DNA from: Scenedesmus sp. PABB004
Taxonomy: Eukaryota
Direction: 5' to 3'
DNA length: 64,000 nucleotides
Assembly: GCA_014905635.1 (NCBI GenBank)
Contig: JABVCE010000012.1
Location: 806,001 to 870,000 of the forward strand
The translations under genes were made by a program, and so were the position numbers. The notes under the pieces were generated by a model. It saw only the letters and a program-made list of their open reading frames with translations, was not told where the DNA came from and ran no database searches. This document shows positions 1-12,345 of this stretch, in pieces. Positions within the stretch are counted from its first letter, which is position 1. Each line of letters opens with the position of its first letter.

Positions 1-1004
1 ACGCCTGCGGCGGCGCGCCCGCGGCGGGCTCCACGGCGGCCGCGGCGTCGGCGGCGCGGCTGCGGGCGGCGGTGCGGCACGTGATGGTGCTGCCGATGGT
101 GCTGTGCGACGGCGCGGTGCGGCGGCCCGACCTGGTGCTGAGCATGTGAGCGCGCCCGGGCGCAGGCGGGCGGGCGCGGGTGCAGCGGCGCAGGGGCGCC
201 CCGGCCTGGCCCGGCCGCCCGCCCGCCCGCCTGACGCCGCCCGCCCGCCGCCGCGGCCGCCGCCCGCGACTGCGCCTGCCCCCGCGCGCCAGGTGCCTGC
301 TCAACGTGGAGACCGGCGAGCAGCTGACCGGCGCGGAGCAGCTGGAGCGGCACGCCGCGATCCTCCCGCAGCTGCAGCTCGGACAGGCGCAGCGCCGGCG
401 CATCGCCGCCAGCCAGCGCGTTTACAGCGAGCTGCGCGCCCCGATCGTGTCGGAGCTGCGCAGGCTGCAGGGCGAGCACGCGCCGGCGTCGCCGCGCTCC
501 GCCGCGCCCGCCGGCGCGCCGCCCGCGCCGGACGGCTGCGGCGGCGGCGCGGCGTCGGGCGGCAGCAGCGAGAGCGCGCGCAGCGGCGGCGCGGGCGGCG
601 CCGCCGCCGCCGACGGCGACGCGGGCATGCCCCGCCCCTTCGCGCACCGCGGCCAGCTGCACGCGGCGGCGTGGCGGCAGCGCCGCATCCGGCTGCTGCT
701 GCACAAGGAGGCGATGCTGCGGTTTGTGCAGGCGATGTTTGTGTTTGGCTGTCTGACGTGGCGCCAGCTCGCCGCGCTGCTCGTGCTCAACGCACCCTAC
801 ATGCCGAGCGGGCAGCTGATCGCGGTCATACTGGCGGAGCAGGTCGCCGCGGCGCAGGCGCGCGACGACGCCGTCGCGGAGGTCGCGCTGCGCAACGAGC
901 TGCTGCGCCCCCAGGCCGACGCGCCGCCGCTGCAGCTGCTGCGCAACGGCGGCGTCAGCAAGCGGCCGCACGCCGCGCCGGCGGCACGCCGCCGCGGCGC
1001 CTGA
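1..1004 (+). CDS. 3' part of an uncharacterised protein gene (starts before the window; one intron at about 146-292)
   Basis: Coding-like exons (VRHVMVLPMVLCDG...; CLLNVETGEQLTGAEQLERHAAILPQLQL...LLHKEAMLRFVQAMFVFGCLTWRQLAALLV) joined by a GTGAG...CAG intron; TGA at 1002-1004. Confidence 0.6.
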
Positions 1005-2157
1005 GCGGCGCGGCGGCTGCGCAGGCCTCTTTGCACCGCGCCGGCGGGCAGCACCGCGTGCACTGCGTGCTTTTCAAAGTTTTCAGAGTTGTGCTGCGTG
1101 CTCTCTGAGCATTGCGTGTTCAACGGCGCGAACGCTGCCGTCATTGATTGCGCGCCCACTCGGTGGTGGGTGCGCCAGAGGCACTGTTGGCAGCACTGTG
1201 TTGGCGGTGGCGTCTTGTGGCACAGGCGCGCGGCGCGCCAGCACCACCAACCCAGCACCAATCGACCATCATCCATCCACCGGCGGCCGGCAGCGCGTTT
1301 TGAACCCTGAGCCTCTGTGAGCGCGGGGGACCGATCGGTGTGATGCCCGCTGCAGCGGCGCATCCATGGTGCGAGGTCGATCTCTTGAGTGAGGATGATC
1401 CGGAATCGTTGGTTGAGGGTGGAGGAGACCCCTCCTCCAAATCGCGGTTGCGCACGTGGTGTGGACTGGCCTGGCGTGGCGAGGAGTCTGTCGTGGGCAT
1501 TGACTGTGTGTGTGGTGTGCGTCGGGCGGCTGCGGCCAACAATTGTTTGGCTGCGAACTGAGCTGAGCTGCCGACTGGGCCGCGCGGGCCCCCGCCCGGC
1601 GCCGGGCGGGGCGCCGGCGGAAGGCTGCAGAGGAAGGCGGCGCCGCCTGGGTGGGCCGCACGGGCCTGCGCTGCTGCTGGCCAGGGCGCGCGGCCAGAGC
1701 GCGGCGCGCCACGGCGGGGACAGCGGGCGCTGTGCGCGGTGCCGGCGAGGGGTGCGAGGGTTGCGAAGCGCTGCGGCGCCGCGATGGGAAGGTCACCAGT
1801 GCAATACGTTTACTTCAGTTCTTGGGGGCACGCGGAGTTGCCCCGAGCAGCTCCGTCACCGGCGGTGGTCTCAGAGAGAGCCCGAACTGCATAAAAGATG
1901 CATGAAAACAGCCACCGATGCCAAGGGAAGCTGGTTGGGTGCGAGCCAGGGGCAGAAGTTGAGGAGGGTCTCAGATCGCAGACCGCAGCACAGCTCAGCA
2001 GTACAATGTGACGTGTCAGCCCCGCACCTCGCCTCGGTCGTCAGAACGCGCAAACGCGCGCGCCCGGCACGACGCGGCGTTGCGACCGCTGCCGGTCAGG
2101 GCGCCCCCCCCACCAGGGCGGGCCGGCGCAGGGGCCGCCCGGCCTCGCGCGAGCCGC

Positions 2158-3547
2158 CTAGTAGTGGACGCGGCCGGGCAGCTTGCTGAAGTCCTCCCAC
2201 ACCGGGATGGCCTCCTCGCGCATGTACTCAATGGCGGGCAGCGTCCTCTCCCCGGGCTTCTTCGAGAACTCCCTGCGCGCGCGGCGGGCGCGGCGGCGGG
2301 CGGCGCAGCGCAGGGTTGGGCCGGGGGCTCCAGGGTCGCGGCGGGCGCCGCGCGCGCGGCGAGGGCGCGGTGCCGGGCTGCAGCGCCAGCTGGCGCCCAC
2401 GTCCCGCCGCCCGGCGTGCACGTGTCACCGCGCCCCACCTGTAAAAGTCCTCGTCCTCGAAGCGGCCGTACTTCTTGACGTCCGCGATGGTCGTGGCGTA
2501 GAACACAGTCGTGATGCGCGCCCAGTAGCACGCGCCCATGCACCTGCCGCACGCGGGGGCGGGCGCGCGGGGCGGGTGAGGCGGAGCGCGGCAGCGCGCG
2601 GGGCGCGCGGGGCGCGCGGGGCGCGGCGCGCGCGGCCGGCGGCAAGGGCAGGGCAGCGCACGCGCGTGCGCAGCGCGGTGACGGGTGCGCGGGCTCACAT
2701 GGGGCAGGGCTCGCTGCTGGTGTAGAGGACGCAGTCCTTGAGCAGGGGCGTGCCCAGGCGGTTGGCCGCGTCGCGGATGGCGGCGATCTCGCCGTGCCTG
2801 CGGGGCAGGGGGCGGGCGTGGGCGTGGGCGGCGGGGGGGGGGGGGGGGGGGGGCGTGCGTGCGTGCGTGCGTGTGTATGTGTTGGGGGTGGGGTGAGAAG
2901 GGCAGCGCAAGGAGCGAGCGCAACTCAACGAGCGAGCGCTGACCGGGCCGCCGCGCAGGGGCGGGCGCGCGCGTGCTCGCGCGCGCGGCGCGCTCACCAG
3001 GTGGGGTCGTTGTGGGCGATGACGTTGTTGTAGCCCTCGCCCACGATCTTGCCGTCCTTCACGATCACGCAGCCGAAGCAGCCGCCTGCCGGGCGCGCGC
3101 GCGCGGGGCGGTCAGCGTCGCCGCGCGCCGGTCAGCGCGCCGGTCAGCGACGGGCGGTGGCACGGGCGGCGCACGCACGCGGGCCGCAGCGCCGCCTCAC
3201 CCGACTGCTTCTCCACGCCGGCCTTGCGGGAGAGGTAGATGGCGCGCTCCATGAAGGAGGGGTGCGGGTGCTTGATGCCTGCAGCAGCAGCAGGCGGGCG
3301 TCGTCAGCGGGCCGAGGAGCGGGCGCCGCGGCACGCCCGAGAGCTGCCGGCATGCCAGGCGCGCGAATGCGCTGCCCAGCGCGGCGCCAGGGCGCGGGGT
3401 CGCGGAGGGCCCGCTGCGCCAGCCGGCGCGCGCAGCCCGCAGCTCACAGTCGGCGTCGGAGGGCACCGTGCTCATCTTGGACGGGTGCGTGAAGCGGTCC
3501 TCGGTGTGGGCCGCCATCGGGTCGGAGGGGAAGGAGCGCTCCGCCAT
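2158..3547 (-). CDS. Guanine/guanosine deaminase (cytidine-deaminase-like Zn family), copy 1, 6 exons
   Basis: Spliced product contains FMERAIYLS...[40 protein letters not shown]...LYTSSEPCPMCMGACYWARI, with the HxE and PCxxC Zn motifs. Confidence 0.9.
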
Positions 3548-3656
3548 GTCGAGCGTCTGGGCTGGCAGCGCGGGCCTGATCGGGCTGTGCGGGTGCTCGT
3601 GAGGTCAGCGCAGGTCGAGGGAGCTGAGAGGGGCGGTGCGGCGTCGCGGCGCCGGC

Positions 3657-3662
3657 TATATA
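3657..3662 (-). promoter_or_regulatory. Putative TATA box for deaminase copy 1
   Basis: TATATA about 110 bp upstream of the minus-strand ATG, in otherwise very GC-rich DNA. Confidence 0.45.
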
Positions 3663-4256
3663 GGCCAAATCGGGAAGAAGATCGCCAGGCGCAAGACCGG
3701 GTGACTCGCGCACGCAGCACCGCTACAGCTGTCCGTGCAGGCGGATCAGATGTGGAGCAGCTTTTCAAATTCAAGGGCGTGCTCGCGGTGCCTGCGGGCA
3801 GCGCGAGCGCGGCCACACCCCGCGCGGCAACCAAACGAGTGCGACGATGACTGGAGCCGCGGTTTGGGTTCAACGGCTGCCCCAGGACTGAGCGAGGTGT
3901 CCCGGAACTCGCCGCGCTGGCCCGCGAGCCCCCGGACAGCGCGCCGATACCGGGCCAGCGCGCACAGGTTCTGCCGCCCGCCCCGCCCCAGCCAGGCCTC
4001 GCGGCGCTCGATCGCGGTCCGGAACAGCTGGCTACGCTCTCGATCAACACTCTCACACAGCCCAGGAGTCAGGGGTTACCTTTGGGCGCGGCCTGGCCCA
4101 GTCACTCCCGACGCTCGCGCTTCCGCGGGCGCTGCGCTCTTATGCGGCCGCCGCGCAGCCGCTGCCCCACTCGCAGCAGCTGACCTGTCTCTGCGCCGAC
4201 CTCACGAGCACCCGCGCAGCCCGATCAGGCCCGCGCTGCCAGCCCAGACGCTCGAC

Positions 4257-5643
4257 ATGGCGGAGCGCTCCTTCCCCTCCGACCCGATGGCGGCCCACAC
4301 CGAGGACCGCTTCACGCACCCGTCCAAGATGAGCACGGTGCCCTCCGACGCCGACTGTGAGCTGCGGGCTGCGCGCGCCGGCTGGCGCAGCGGGCCCTCC
4401 GCGACCCCGCGCCCTGGCGCCGCGCTGGGCAGCGCATTCGCGCGCCTGGCATGCCGGCAGCTCTCGGGCGTGCCGCGGCGCCCGCTCCTCGGCCCGCTGA
4501 CGACGCCCGCCTGCTGCTGCTGCAGGCATCAAGCACCCGCACCCCTCCTTCATGGAGCGCGCCATCTACCTCTCCCGCAAGGCCGGCGTGGAGAAGCAGT
4601 CGGGTGAGGCGGCGCTGCGGCCCGCGTGCGTGCGCCGCCCGTGCCACCGCCCGTCGCTGACCGGCGCGCTGACCGCCGCGCGGCGACGCTGACCGCCCCG
4701 CGCGCGCGCGCCGGCAGCAGGCGGCTGCTTCGGCTGCGTGATCGTGAAGGACGGCAAGATCGTGGGCGAGGGCTACAACAACGTCATCGCCCACAACGAC
4801 CCCACCTGGTGAGCGCGCCGCGCGCGCGAGCACGCGCGCGCCCGCCCCTGCGCGGCGGCCCGGTCAGCGCTCGCTCGTTGAGTTGCGCTCGCTCCTTGCG
4901 CTGCCCTTCTCACCCCACCCCAACACATACACACGCACGCACGCACGCACGCCAACCCCCCCCCCCCCCCCCCCCGCCGCCCACGCCCACGCCCGCCCCC
5001 TGCCCCGCAGGCACGGCGAGATCGCCGCCATCCGCGACGCGGCCAACCGCCTGGGCACGCCCCTGCTCAAGGACTGCGTCCTCTACACCAGCAGCGAGCC
5101 CTGCCCCATGTGAGCCCGCGCACCCGTCACCGCGCTGCGCACGCGCGTGCGCTGCCCTGCCCTTGCCGCCGGCCGCGCGCGCCGCGCCCCCGCGCGCCCC
5201 GCGCGCCGCCGCGCTCCGCCTCACCCGCCCCGCGCGTCCGCCCCCGCGTGCGGCAGGTGCATGGGCGCGTGCTACTGGGCGCGCATCACGACTGTGTTCT
5301 ACGCCACGACCATCGCGGACGTCAAGAAGTACGGCCGCTTCGAGGACGAGGACTTTTACAGGTACGGACGCGTCGACGCGTGCACGCCGGGCGGCGGGAC
5401 GTGGGCGCCAGCTGGCGCTGCAGCCCGGCACCGCGCCCTCGCCGCGCGCGCGGCGCCCGCCGCGACCCTGGAGCCCCCGGCCCAACCCTGCGCTGCGCCG
5501 CCCGCCGCCGCGCCCGCCGCGCGCGCAGGGAGTTCTCGAAGAAGCCCGGGGAGAGGACGCTGCCCGCCATTGAGTACATGCGCGAGGAGGCCATCCCGGT
5601 GTGGGAGGACTTCAGCAAGCTGCCCGGCCGCGTCCACTACTAG
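4257..5643 (+). CDS. Guanine/guanosine deaminase, copy 2, 6 exons
   Basis: ATG 4257, TAG 5641-5643; five GT-AG introns join in frame to give the same protein as copy 1. Confidence 0.9.
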
Positions 5644-6583
5644 GCGGCTCGCGCGAGGCCGGGCGGCCCCTGCGCCGGCCCGCCCTGGTGGCGGGGCGCC
5701 CTGACCGGCAGCGGTCGCAACGCCGCGTCGTGCCGGGCGCGCGCGTTTGCGCGTTCTGACGACCGAGCTGACGTGACACGTCGCATTGCTGACTGTGCGG
5801 AGATTTTGACACACCCTCCTCGACCCGTGCGTTATGCCACCGCCTCACCCAACCTACCAGCGACGCTTGGCAGGGCTGTGCGCATGCATCTGTTGTTTGT
5901 GCAGCTTGGGGACGATAAGACACCGCCGGTGACCTGACTGCAGGCGACTCTGCGCGCGCGTGCCGCGGGAATTCAGTTCGAACCGAGGTAACCTGTTGCA
6001 CCGGGGACCTGCCCAGCTCGGTTTGCACCCCTCGCCGGCACCGCACAGCGCCCGCTGGCCCGCGCCGCGCGCCGGCCGGCGCCTCGGCCAGCCGCAGCGC
6101 TCCGCCGCGCAGCCCGCCCGCCAGCTCCCGGCGCCGCTGCCCGGCGGCTCGCCCAGGCCCGCCCGCCAGCTCGCGCTGCCCGGCACCGCTCCCGCCGCCG
6201 GGCGCCGCGCCGGCGGCCCTCCGGCTCCGCCGCCGTGCGCTTCTGGGCCGCGCCGAGCCCTGGCGCTGCTGCCCGCCAGCCGTGGCTCACCCACGCGCAG
6301 GCCTCCGCCACGGCGAGGCGGCGCGCACGCATGCACGCTCAGGGGCGCGCCAGCACAGCAGTGAGCCTTGGCCTCGAGCTGCCCCGCGCGCTGCTCGCGC
6401 CATCGCCCCGCGCGCGCGTCGCCGCGGCGTCTGTGAGGCCGTAGCAGCCACCCGGCGGGCCCGCAGCTGCGCGCGCCCGCTGCTGCCGCTGCTGCTGAGG
6501 CATCGGCTTCGGCCCCGCTTCCCCCTGCCCGCGGGAGGCCCCTGGGCCGCGCCTGACCGGCCGGGACGGGGCTGCCGGGCACT

Positions 6584-8769
6584 ATGGAGCCCTCGGACAT
6601 GGAGCTGGAGCTGGAGCACGACGCCGACTCGCAGCGCGGCGGCGACAAGGCGCCACCGGGCGAGGCGCACCACCCGCGCGCGCTCTTCAACCGCGCGCCC
6701 ACGCCCCAGGACCTGCTGGAGCTGTCGGCGCGGTGCGGCGGCGGCCGGGAGGGCAGCCGCCCCGCGGCGGGCGGGCGCGCGGACTCTGAAAGCAACGGCG
6801 GCGCCGCCGCGTGCCGTGCAGGGTCTACAAGTCGTCCCGCAAGCTCTACAACGAGGCTGACAGCCAGGGCATGCGCGTGTACCACGACGAGCTCATCGCG
6901 GGTGCGCGCCGGCGGCGCGCGCCAGGCCGCCGGCCGCGCCGCGCCCTTTGGGGCGGGGCCACAGCCCCGAGCCGACCGCCCCGCCCGCCGGCCGCGCCGC
7001 CCGCCGGCGCCGCGCGCAGGCGACGTGCGGCTCGTGATGCTCGTGCCGGCCTGGTTCCCCAAGGCCCACGCGCCGTTTGAGTGGGGCCGCCTGGCCGGCG
7101 GCGGCGGGGCGGTGAGCGTCGCGTTTGTGCTGCGCGGCACGGTGACCGACCTGGTCGGCAACACGCGCGCCAACGCGCAGCTGCTCTTCAGCAAGCTCCT
7201 CGGCGACGACCAGCACCTCCCCGACGTCGCCGCCGACGCGACCAAGGTCGTCCAGGCCTGGCTGCGCGAGCTGCTGCTGCGGCACCCCGCGCTCGACGCG
7301 GGGCCTGGGCGCCGCGCTGCGGGCGGCGAGGCCGGCGCCGCGCCGCCGGGCGGCGCCGCGGGCGGCGAGGCGGCGCAGCCGCGGCTGCACCTCGACGTTC
7401 ACGTCACGGGGCACAGCCTCGGCGCGATGCTGGCCGTGGTCGCGACGGTCGAGAGCGCGCCGTTTGCGGCCGCGCACGGCTGCGCCTGGCACTGCACCAG
7501 CTTCGAGAGCCCGGGTGCGCGCGCCGCCCGGCACCGCGCGCTGCGCAGCGCAGCGCCACGCCGCTCCGCGCCGCGCAGCCGCCGCGCAGCCGCGCGCTCA
7601 GCCACCCGGCGCCCGCCGCGCGCGCAGGCCTGCCCGAGCTGTACCACCGCGCCGCGGCGCGCTGGCCGGCGTCGCACTGGGCGGAGACCATCACCACCTA
7701 CAACGCCGCGCCAAACCCGATCAACATGCTGCACCACCACCTCGGCCGCGTCGTCCACGTCGTCGTGCCTGGGAGCAGGCACGCGCCGCGCCGCGCCGCG
7801 GCAGCGCGGGCGCCAGCCGCGGCGCCCGCCGCGGCGCACCGCCGAGCCCGCCCGCCCGCGCGCGCGCGCGCAGACGTGGAGCCACGTCGCCAAGTGCGTG
7901 GGCGCCGACGTCGCGCGCATCACGGCGTGGGCCATCGTCGGCGGCATGGCGCTGGCGGGCCTGCGCTCGCTGCGCGGCGCCGACGGCGCAGCGGCGGCCG
8001 CCGCGCAGCGCGCGCAGCAGGAGGCGGAGGAGACCTGCGCCGTGCCCGGCCTGCGCGGCCCCGGCGGGGGCGTGCTGCTGCCGACGGTGATCGAGCGCGT
8101 CGCTTCGTCGTCGTCGGGCGGCGGCGCCCTCCCCGGCGCCGCGGCGCCCGGCGGCGCGGCGGCGGGCAGCGCGGCGGCTGACGTGCTGACCGTGGCCTCC
8201 ACCGCCGCCGGCGGCGGGCGCACCCTCGCGAGCGTCGGCCCGAGCGTCGCCGGCGCGGGCATGGCCGCCGCGGCCGCGGCGGCGGCCCCGCCCGGCGCCG
8301 CGTCGGCGCCGGGCCTCGCCGCCGCGGTCGGCGCCGCGGCGGCCGCGGGCGAGGCGGTCACGAGCGCGGGCGCGTCGCACGCGGCGCGCTACCTGCTGCG
8401 GCGCAGCGGGCTCGGCGCGCTCTCGGGCATGGTCGGCGGCTGGCTCTTTGGCCGCGGCGGGCTGTGGGGCGCCATGGAGTGCCTCGCCGGCGTGCTGGGC
8501 GTTGAGGTGGAGGAGCTCTGCGCGCAGCACGCGCTCGGGCCGATGCGGCGGTGCTTCGACCCGCACACGGGGCAGCTCAAGCCGCGCTTCCGCCGCGACA
8601 TGGCCTCCTGGCCCTCCCTCGGCCACCGGTGCGGCGCCGCCGCGCGCCGACGGGGGCGGGGGGGGGGGGGGGGGGGGGCGGCACGCGCGCGCACGCGCGC
8701 GCGCGCTCGCCCCAGCCCTGCCTAGGTCGCCGCGCGGCGCGGCGCCGACCCCGCCGCGCCACGCAAACC

Positions 8770-8815
<46 letters not shown>

Positions 8816-9928
8816 GCGCGCAGTCACCGTGTGGTGCTCACGGCGGCGCAGCAGCTGGCCAAGTGGTCGCTGCCGAGCCTCATCTGCCGGGACAACGTGG
8901 GCGTGGCAAACATGATGAGCCGTGAGCACCGCCGGGGCGGGGGCCGCGCGACACCCCGGCGCGCGCCACGCTCCCGACCCCGCCGCGCGACGCCTCACCC
9001 CGCCGCCGCGGCGCAGGCACCGCGATGGTCGAGGCGCGCTGCGCGCGGCTGGCGGGGTGGGCGCGCGCGCGCCGGGCGCGCGGCCGCCGCCCTGCCGCCC
9101 TGCCGCCGCCCTGCCGCCGCCCTGCCGCCCTGCCGCCGCCGCGCACCGACGCCCGCCCCCGCCCCCGCCCCCGCCCCCGCCCCCGCCCCCGCCCCCGCCC
9201 GCCCCCGCCCCCGCCCCCCCGCCCCCGCCCCGCCCCCCCGCCCCGCGCCGCCGCGTGGCAGGTACGTCGTGGCAGACACCGGCGAGGCCGACGCGGCGGC
9301 CGCGGAGCTGGACGCTGCGGCTGGCGCGGCGGACGTGGCGGCCGTGCAGCTGCCGCCGGCGCTGCGCGCCGCCGCGGGCGCGGGCGCCGCGGCCGACCAG
9401 GACCAGGCGGGCGCGCGCGCGCCGCGCGGCGCTGACGCGCTGCGCCAGCGGCGGCCGCTCGGAGCGGCGCCGGCGCCCGCGGGGCTGGCCGTGGGGCTGC
9501 CGAGCCAGCGGAGCGGGCTGCACCGCAAGCTGCTGCGGCCCCACGACCAGCAGCAGCAGCAGCAGCTGGAGGAGCTGGAGCAGCAGCAGCTGCTGGAGGC
9601 TGCCCAGATGGAGGCGGGGCTGCTCGCACTGGCGGGCCGGGCGCTCGCCGGGCCTGGCGGCGCCGGCGGCGGCGGCGGCAGCTCCGCGGCAGCGGCGCGC
9701 GGCGGCGCCGCGTGCGAGGGCCTCGGCGGCCTCGGCGACGACGGCACGTGGCTGCTGGTCGAGGAGGGCGCCTGGCCCGGGCGCCGCGGCACGCTGCCCG
9801 ACGCGCGGCCGGCGGTGCTGCCGGTCGTACGGCTGATCTGCGACGACGACGGCGCCGACGCCGACGCGGACGCCGCGCGCGAGGGCGCCGCGCGCGGGCG
9901 CGGGCGCGCGCGGCTCGCGTTCAACTGA
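6584..9928 (+). CDS. Class 3 lipase-like alpha/beta hydrolase with a long Ala/Gly-rich C-terminus (multi-exon)
   Basis: VAFVLRGT, HLDVHVTGHSLGAMLA (GxSxG nucleophile elbow), CTSFESPG and ITTYNAAPNPIN; the 3' end is less certain. Confidence 0.75.
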
Positions 9929-10662
9929 GAACGGCGGCGCGGTCGGTGCGTCGGTTGGGGCTTGCCGGCTTGAAACTTGCTCTGCTTGGACAACTGAGAA
10001 CGGCCACGCGGAAGTCGGCCGGCCGGGCGGTCGGCGCTCCCCAGCGGCGCCGTCGTGCGCGTCGTGCGCGGTGGCCCGCCCTGCGGCGAGTGCTCCGCCG
10101 AGCCATTCCACCCCCGCCGCCGCCGGCCGCCGCGCCGCTCAGCCGTGTGTGCCGAAGCGCGCCGCCGATGCGCCGCTGCTGCCGCCCCCGCATCGCGCGC
10201 CCCAGCCGCGCTCGGCCTGGTCCCGGGTCGCCTCCGTGCCCGCGCGTGCCCGCGAAGCGTCATCGGCTTGGCGCAGCGAGGAGCAGCGGAGCGAGCAGGT
10301 GGGCGCGGTGCTGCTTGAATGATGGGGGGGCCTGCTGCCCCGCGTGGCGCGCCGGCGCTGGCGACGATCCGCGCTGCTGTGGCACCTCCGCCCCAGCATT
10401 CTCCCGGCCGACAAGAGCTGCCCAGCAGCCGCGGCGGCGCCCGCGCGTCGCGCCGCGCCGCTGCTGCGCCACCCCCGCGCCGCCGCCCGCGCCGCTGCCG
10501 GCGCCCGCAGCGGCCTGCCGAGCGGTCCGCAGGCCGGCCACCCGGCGTGATCGACGGTCCCCGCCCTCGGCGGCGCCGCGCCGCCAGCGGCGGCTGAGCG
10601 CGCGCGCGCGCGCCCAGGCGCGCCGCGCGCCGGTTGGCGGCCGGGGTTGCAACCCAGCCGCG

Positions 10663-12178
10663 ATGGCCAGCACGGGGCCGTTTGCGGTCGGCGAGAAGGT
10701 CCTGGTCCCGCACACGGAGAAGTTCTACGAGGCCAAGGTCCTCAAGGCGCAGCGCCGCGAGGACGGGCTGTGGTACTACTACCTGCACTACGCAGGTGCG
10801 GCGGTTGATGCTGCTGGTGCTGCTGCTGCGGCTGCTGCTGCTGCGGGTGCTGCTGCTGCTGCTGCGGCTGCTGCTGCTGTTGAAGCTGCTGAGGCGGCGG
10901 CGGCGGCGGGGGGGGGGGGGGGGCTGAGCGCCGAGCGCGCACCGCCCCGGCGCGGCGCGCGCGGCAGGCTGGAACAAGAAGTGGGACGAGTGGGTCGAGG
11001 AGACGGGCCTGCGCCGCGCGTCGAGCGGCGGCGCCGCCGCCGGCGCGGCGCCGCCGTCCGCGCACGCCGCCGCGCTGGGGCCGGCCGGCGCGGCCGCGGC
11101 GGCAGCCGCCGCGGCCGCGGCCGCGGCCGCCGCGGGCGGCGCGCCGCCGCCGCTGCCGCCGCCCAAGCCCAAGGCGCCCAAGGCCGCCGCCGGCGGCAGC
11201 GCCGGCGCGCCGGCCGCCGCGGGGCGCAAGCGCCCCGCCGACGGCCCGCCCGGCGGCGCGCCGCCCGACGCGCCCGCGGGCGCGCTGGAGCTGGAGCTGC
11301 CCGCGGCGCTGAAGAAGCAGCTGCTGGACCAGTACGACGCGGTCAACGACGACGGCAAGCTGCTCCCGCTGCCGCGCCGGCCCAACGTCGCGCAGGTGCG
11401 CGCCCGCGCGCGGGCGCCGCGGCGCGCGCGGGCCGCCGCCGCCGCGCCGCGCCGCGCCCGGCCTGCGCGCGGCGTCTTGACCCGCGCGCCGACCCGCGTC
11501 GCGCCGCGCCGCATCGCCGTCGCGGCGCCGCAGGTGCTGGCCAGCTACGCCGCGTACGCGCGCGACAAGCACGGCGGCGCCGCGGCGGCGGAGGAGGACC
11601 TGTGCATGGGCCTGCAGGCGCGCGCGCGCACTGGGGGGGGGGGGCGCAGTCGCTGCACGGCGCGGCTGCGTGCCGCACGGCGCTGCTGCGTGTCGCGACC
11701 CGCCGCCCGCCCCCCGCCCCCGCCCCCGGCCCCCGCCCCGTGCCGCGGTGCCCCGCAGGTCTACTTTGACAAGGCCTGCTACCAGTGCCTGCTCTACCGC
11801 GCGGAGCGCCCCCAGGCGGAGCGGGTGCGCGCGGCGCGACCGCCGCCGGCGCAGACACGCCTGCGCGCGCGCCGGGCGCCGCCGGGCGCCGCCGGCCACG
11901 GCGGGCAGCTGACGCGTGCGCGCGCCGCCGCGGCCGCCCGCGTCGCGCGCGCGCAGGCGCTGAGCGCGGGCGCCGCGCCGAGCGCGGTGTTTGGCGCGGA
12001 GCACCTGCTGCGGCTGTTTGTGAAGCTCCCGGAGCTGCTCCCCGAGACGGGCGCGCCGGCGGAGGAGGTCGCGCTGCTCATGCGGCGCTGCGAGGACCTG
12101 CTGACCTACCTGCAGCACCAGGCGGCCCGGCTCTTCACGCCCGTGTCCGAGTACGGCGGCGCGGGCGCGCAGCACTAG
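10663..12178 (+). CDS. MRG1: MRG family protein (MRG15/Eaf3-like; chromo-barrel plus MRG domain)
   Basis: FAVGEKVLVPHTEKFYEAKV...YYLHYAGWNKKWDEWV; GLQVYFDKACYQCLLYRAER; PSAVFGAEHLLRLFVKLPELL. Confidence 0.92.
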
Positions 12179-12212
12179 CGCGCGCGGGGGGCCGTCGAGC
12201 CGCGCGCGCACG

Positions 12213-12243
<31 letters not shown>

Positions 12244-12340
12244 CGTTGAGGCTGAACGGTTGGGCCGCGGGCTGCGATTCGGGCCGGCGGCCGCGCCAGC
12301 CGGCGGCCGCGCCGCCCTCCCGGCGGCGGGGATGCAGCAG

Positions 12341-12345
12341 TGTAA
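12341..12345 (+). promoter_or_regulatory. Chlorophyte-type polyadenylation signal TGTAA (MRG 3' UTR)
   Basis: TGTAA about 160 nt after the stop; the same motif occurs downstream of other genes at 15398, 15427 (minus), 23184, 47988 and 62869. Confidence 0.55.

Larger units (their letters stand above)
2033..5767. repeat. Long inverted repeat: arms about 2033-3613 and 4191-5767, spacer about 580 bp
   Basis: Arms are near-identical reverse complements across UTRs, exons and introns. Confidence 0.95.

Noticed and set aside
1005..2030. Lower-GC intergenic stretch as a possible RNA gene or foreign insert
   Set aside because: Consistent with convergent 3' UTRs; no tRNA, rRNA or snRNA signature recognised
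2033..5767. Transposon with long terminal inverted repeats
   Set aside because: The arms are whole host genes; no transposase or target-site duplication seen
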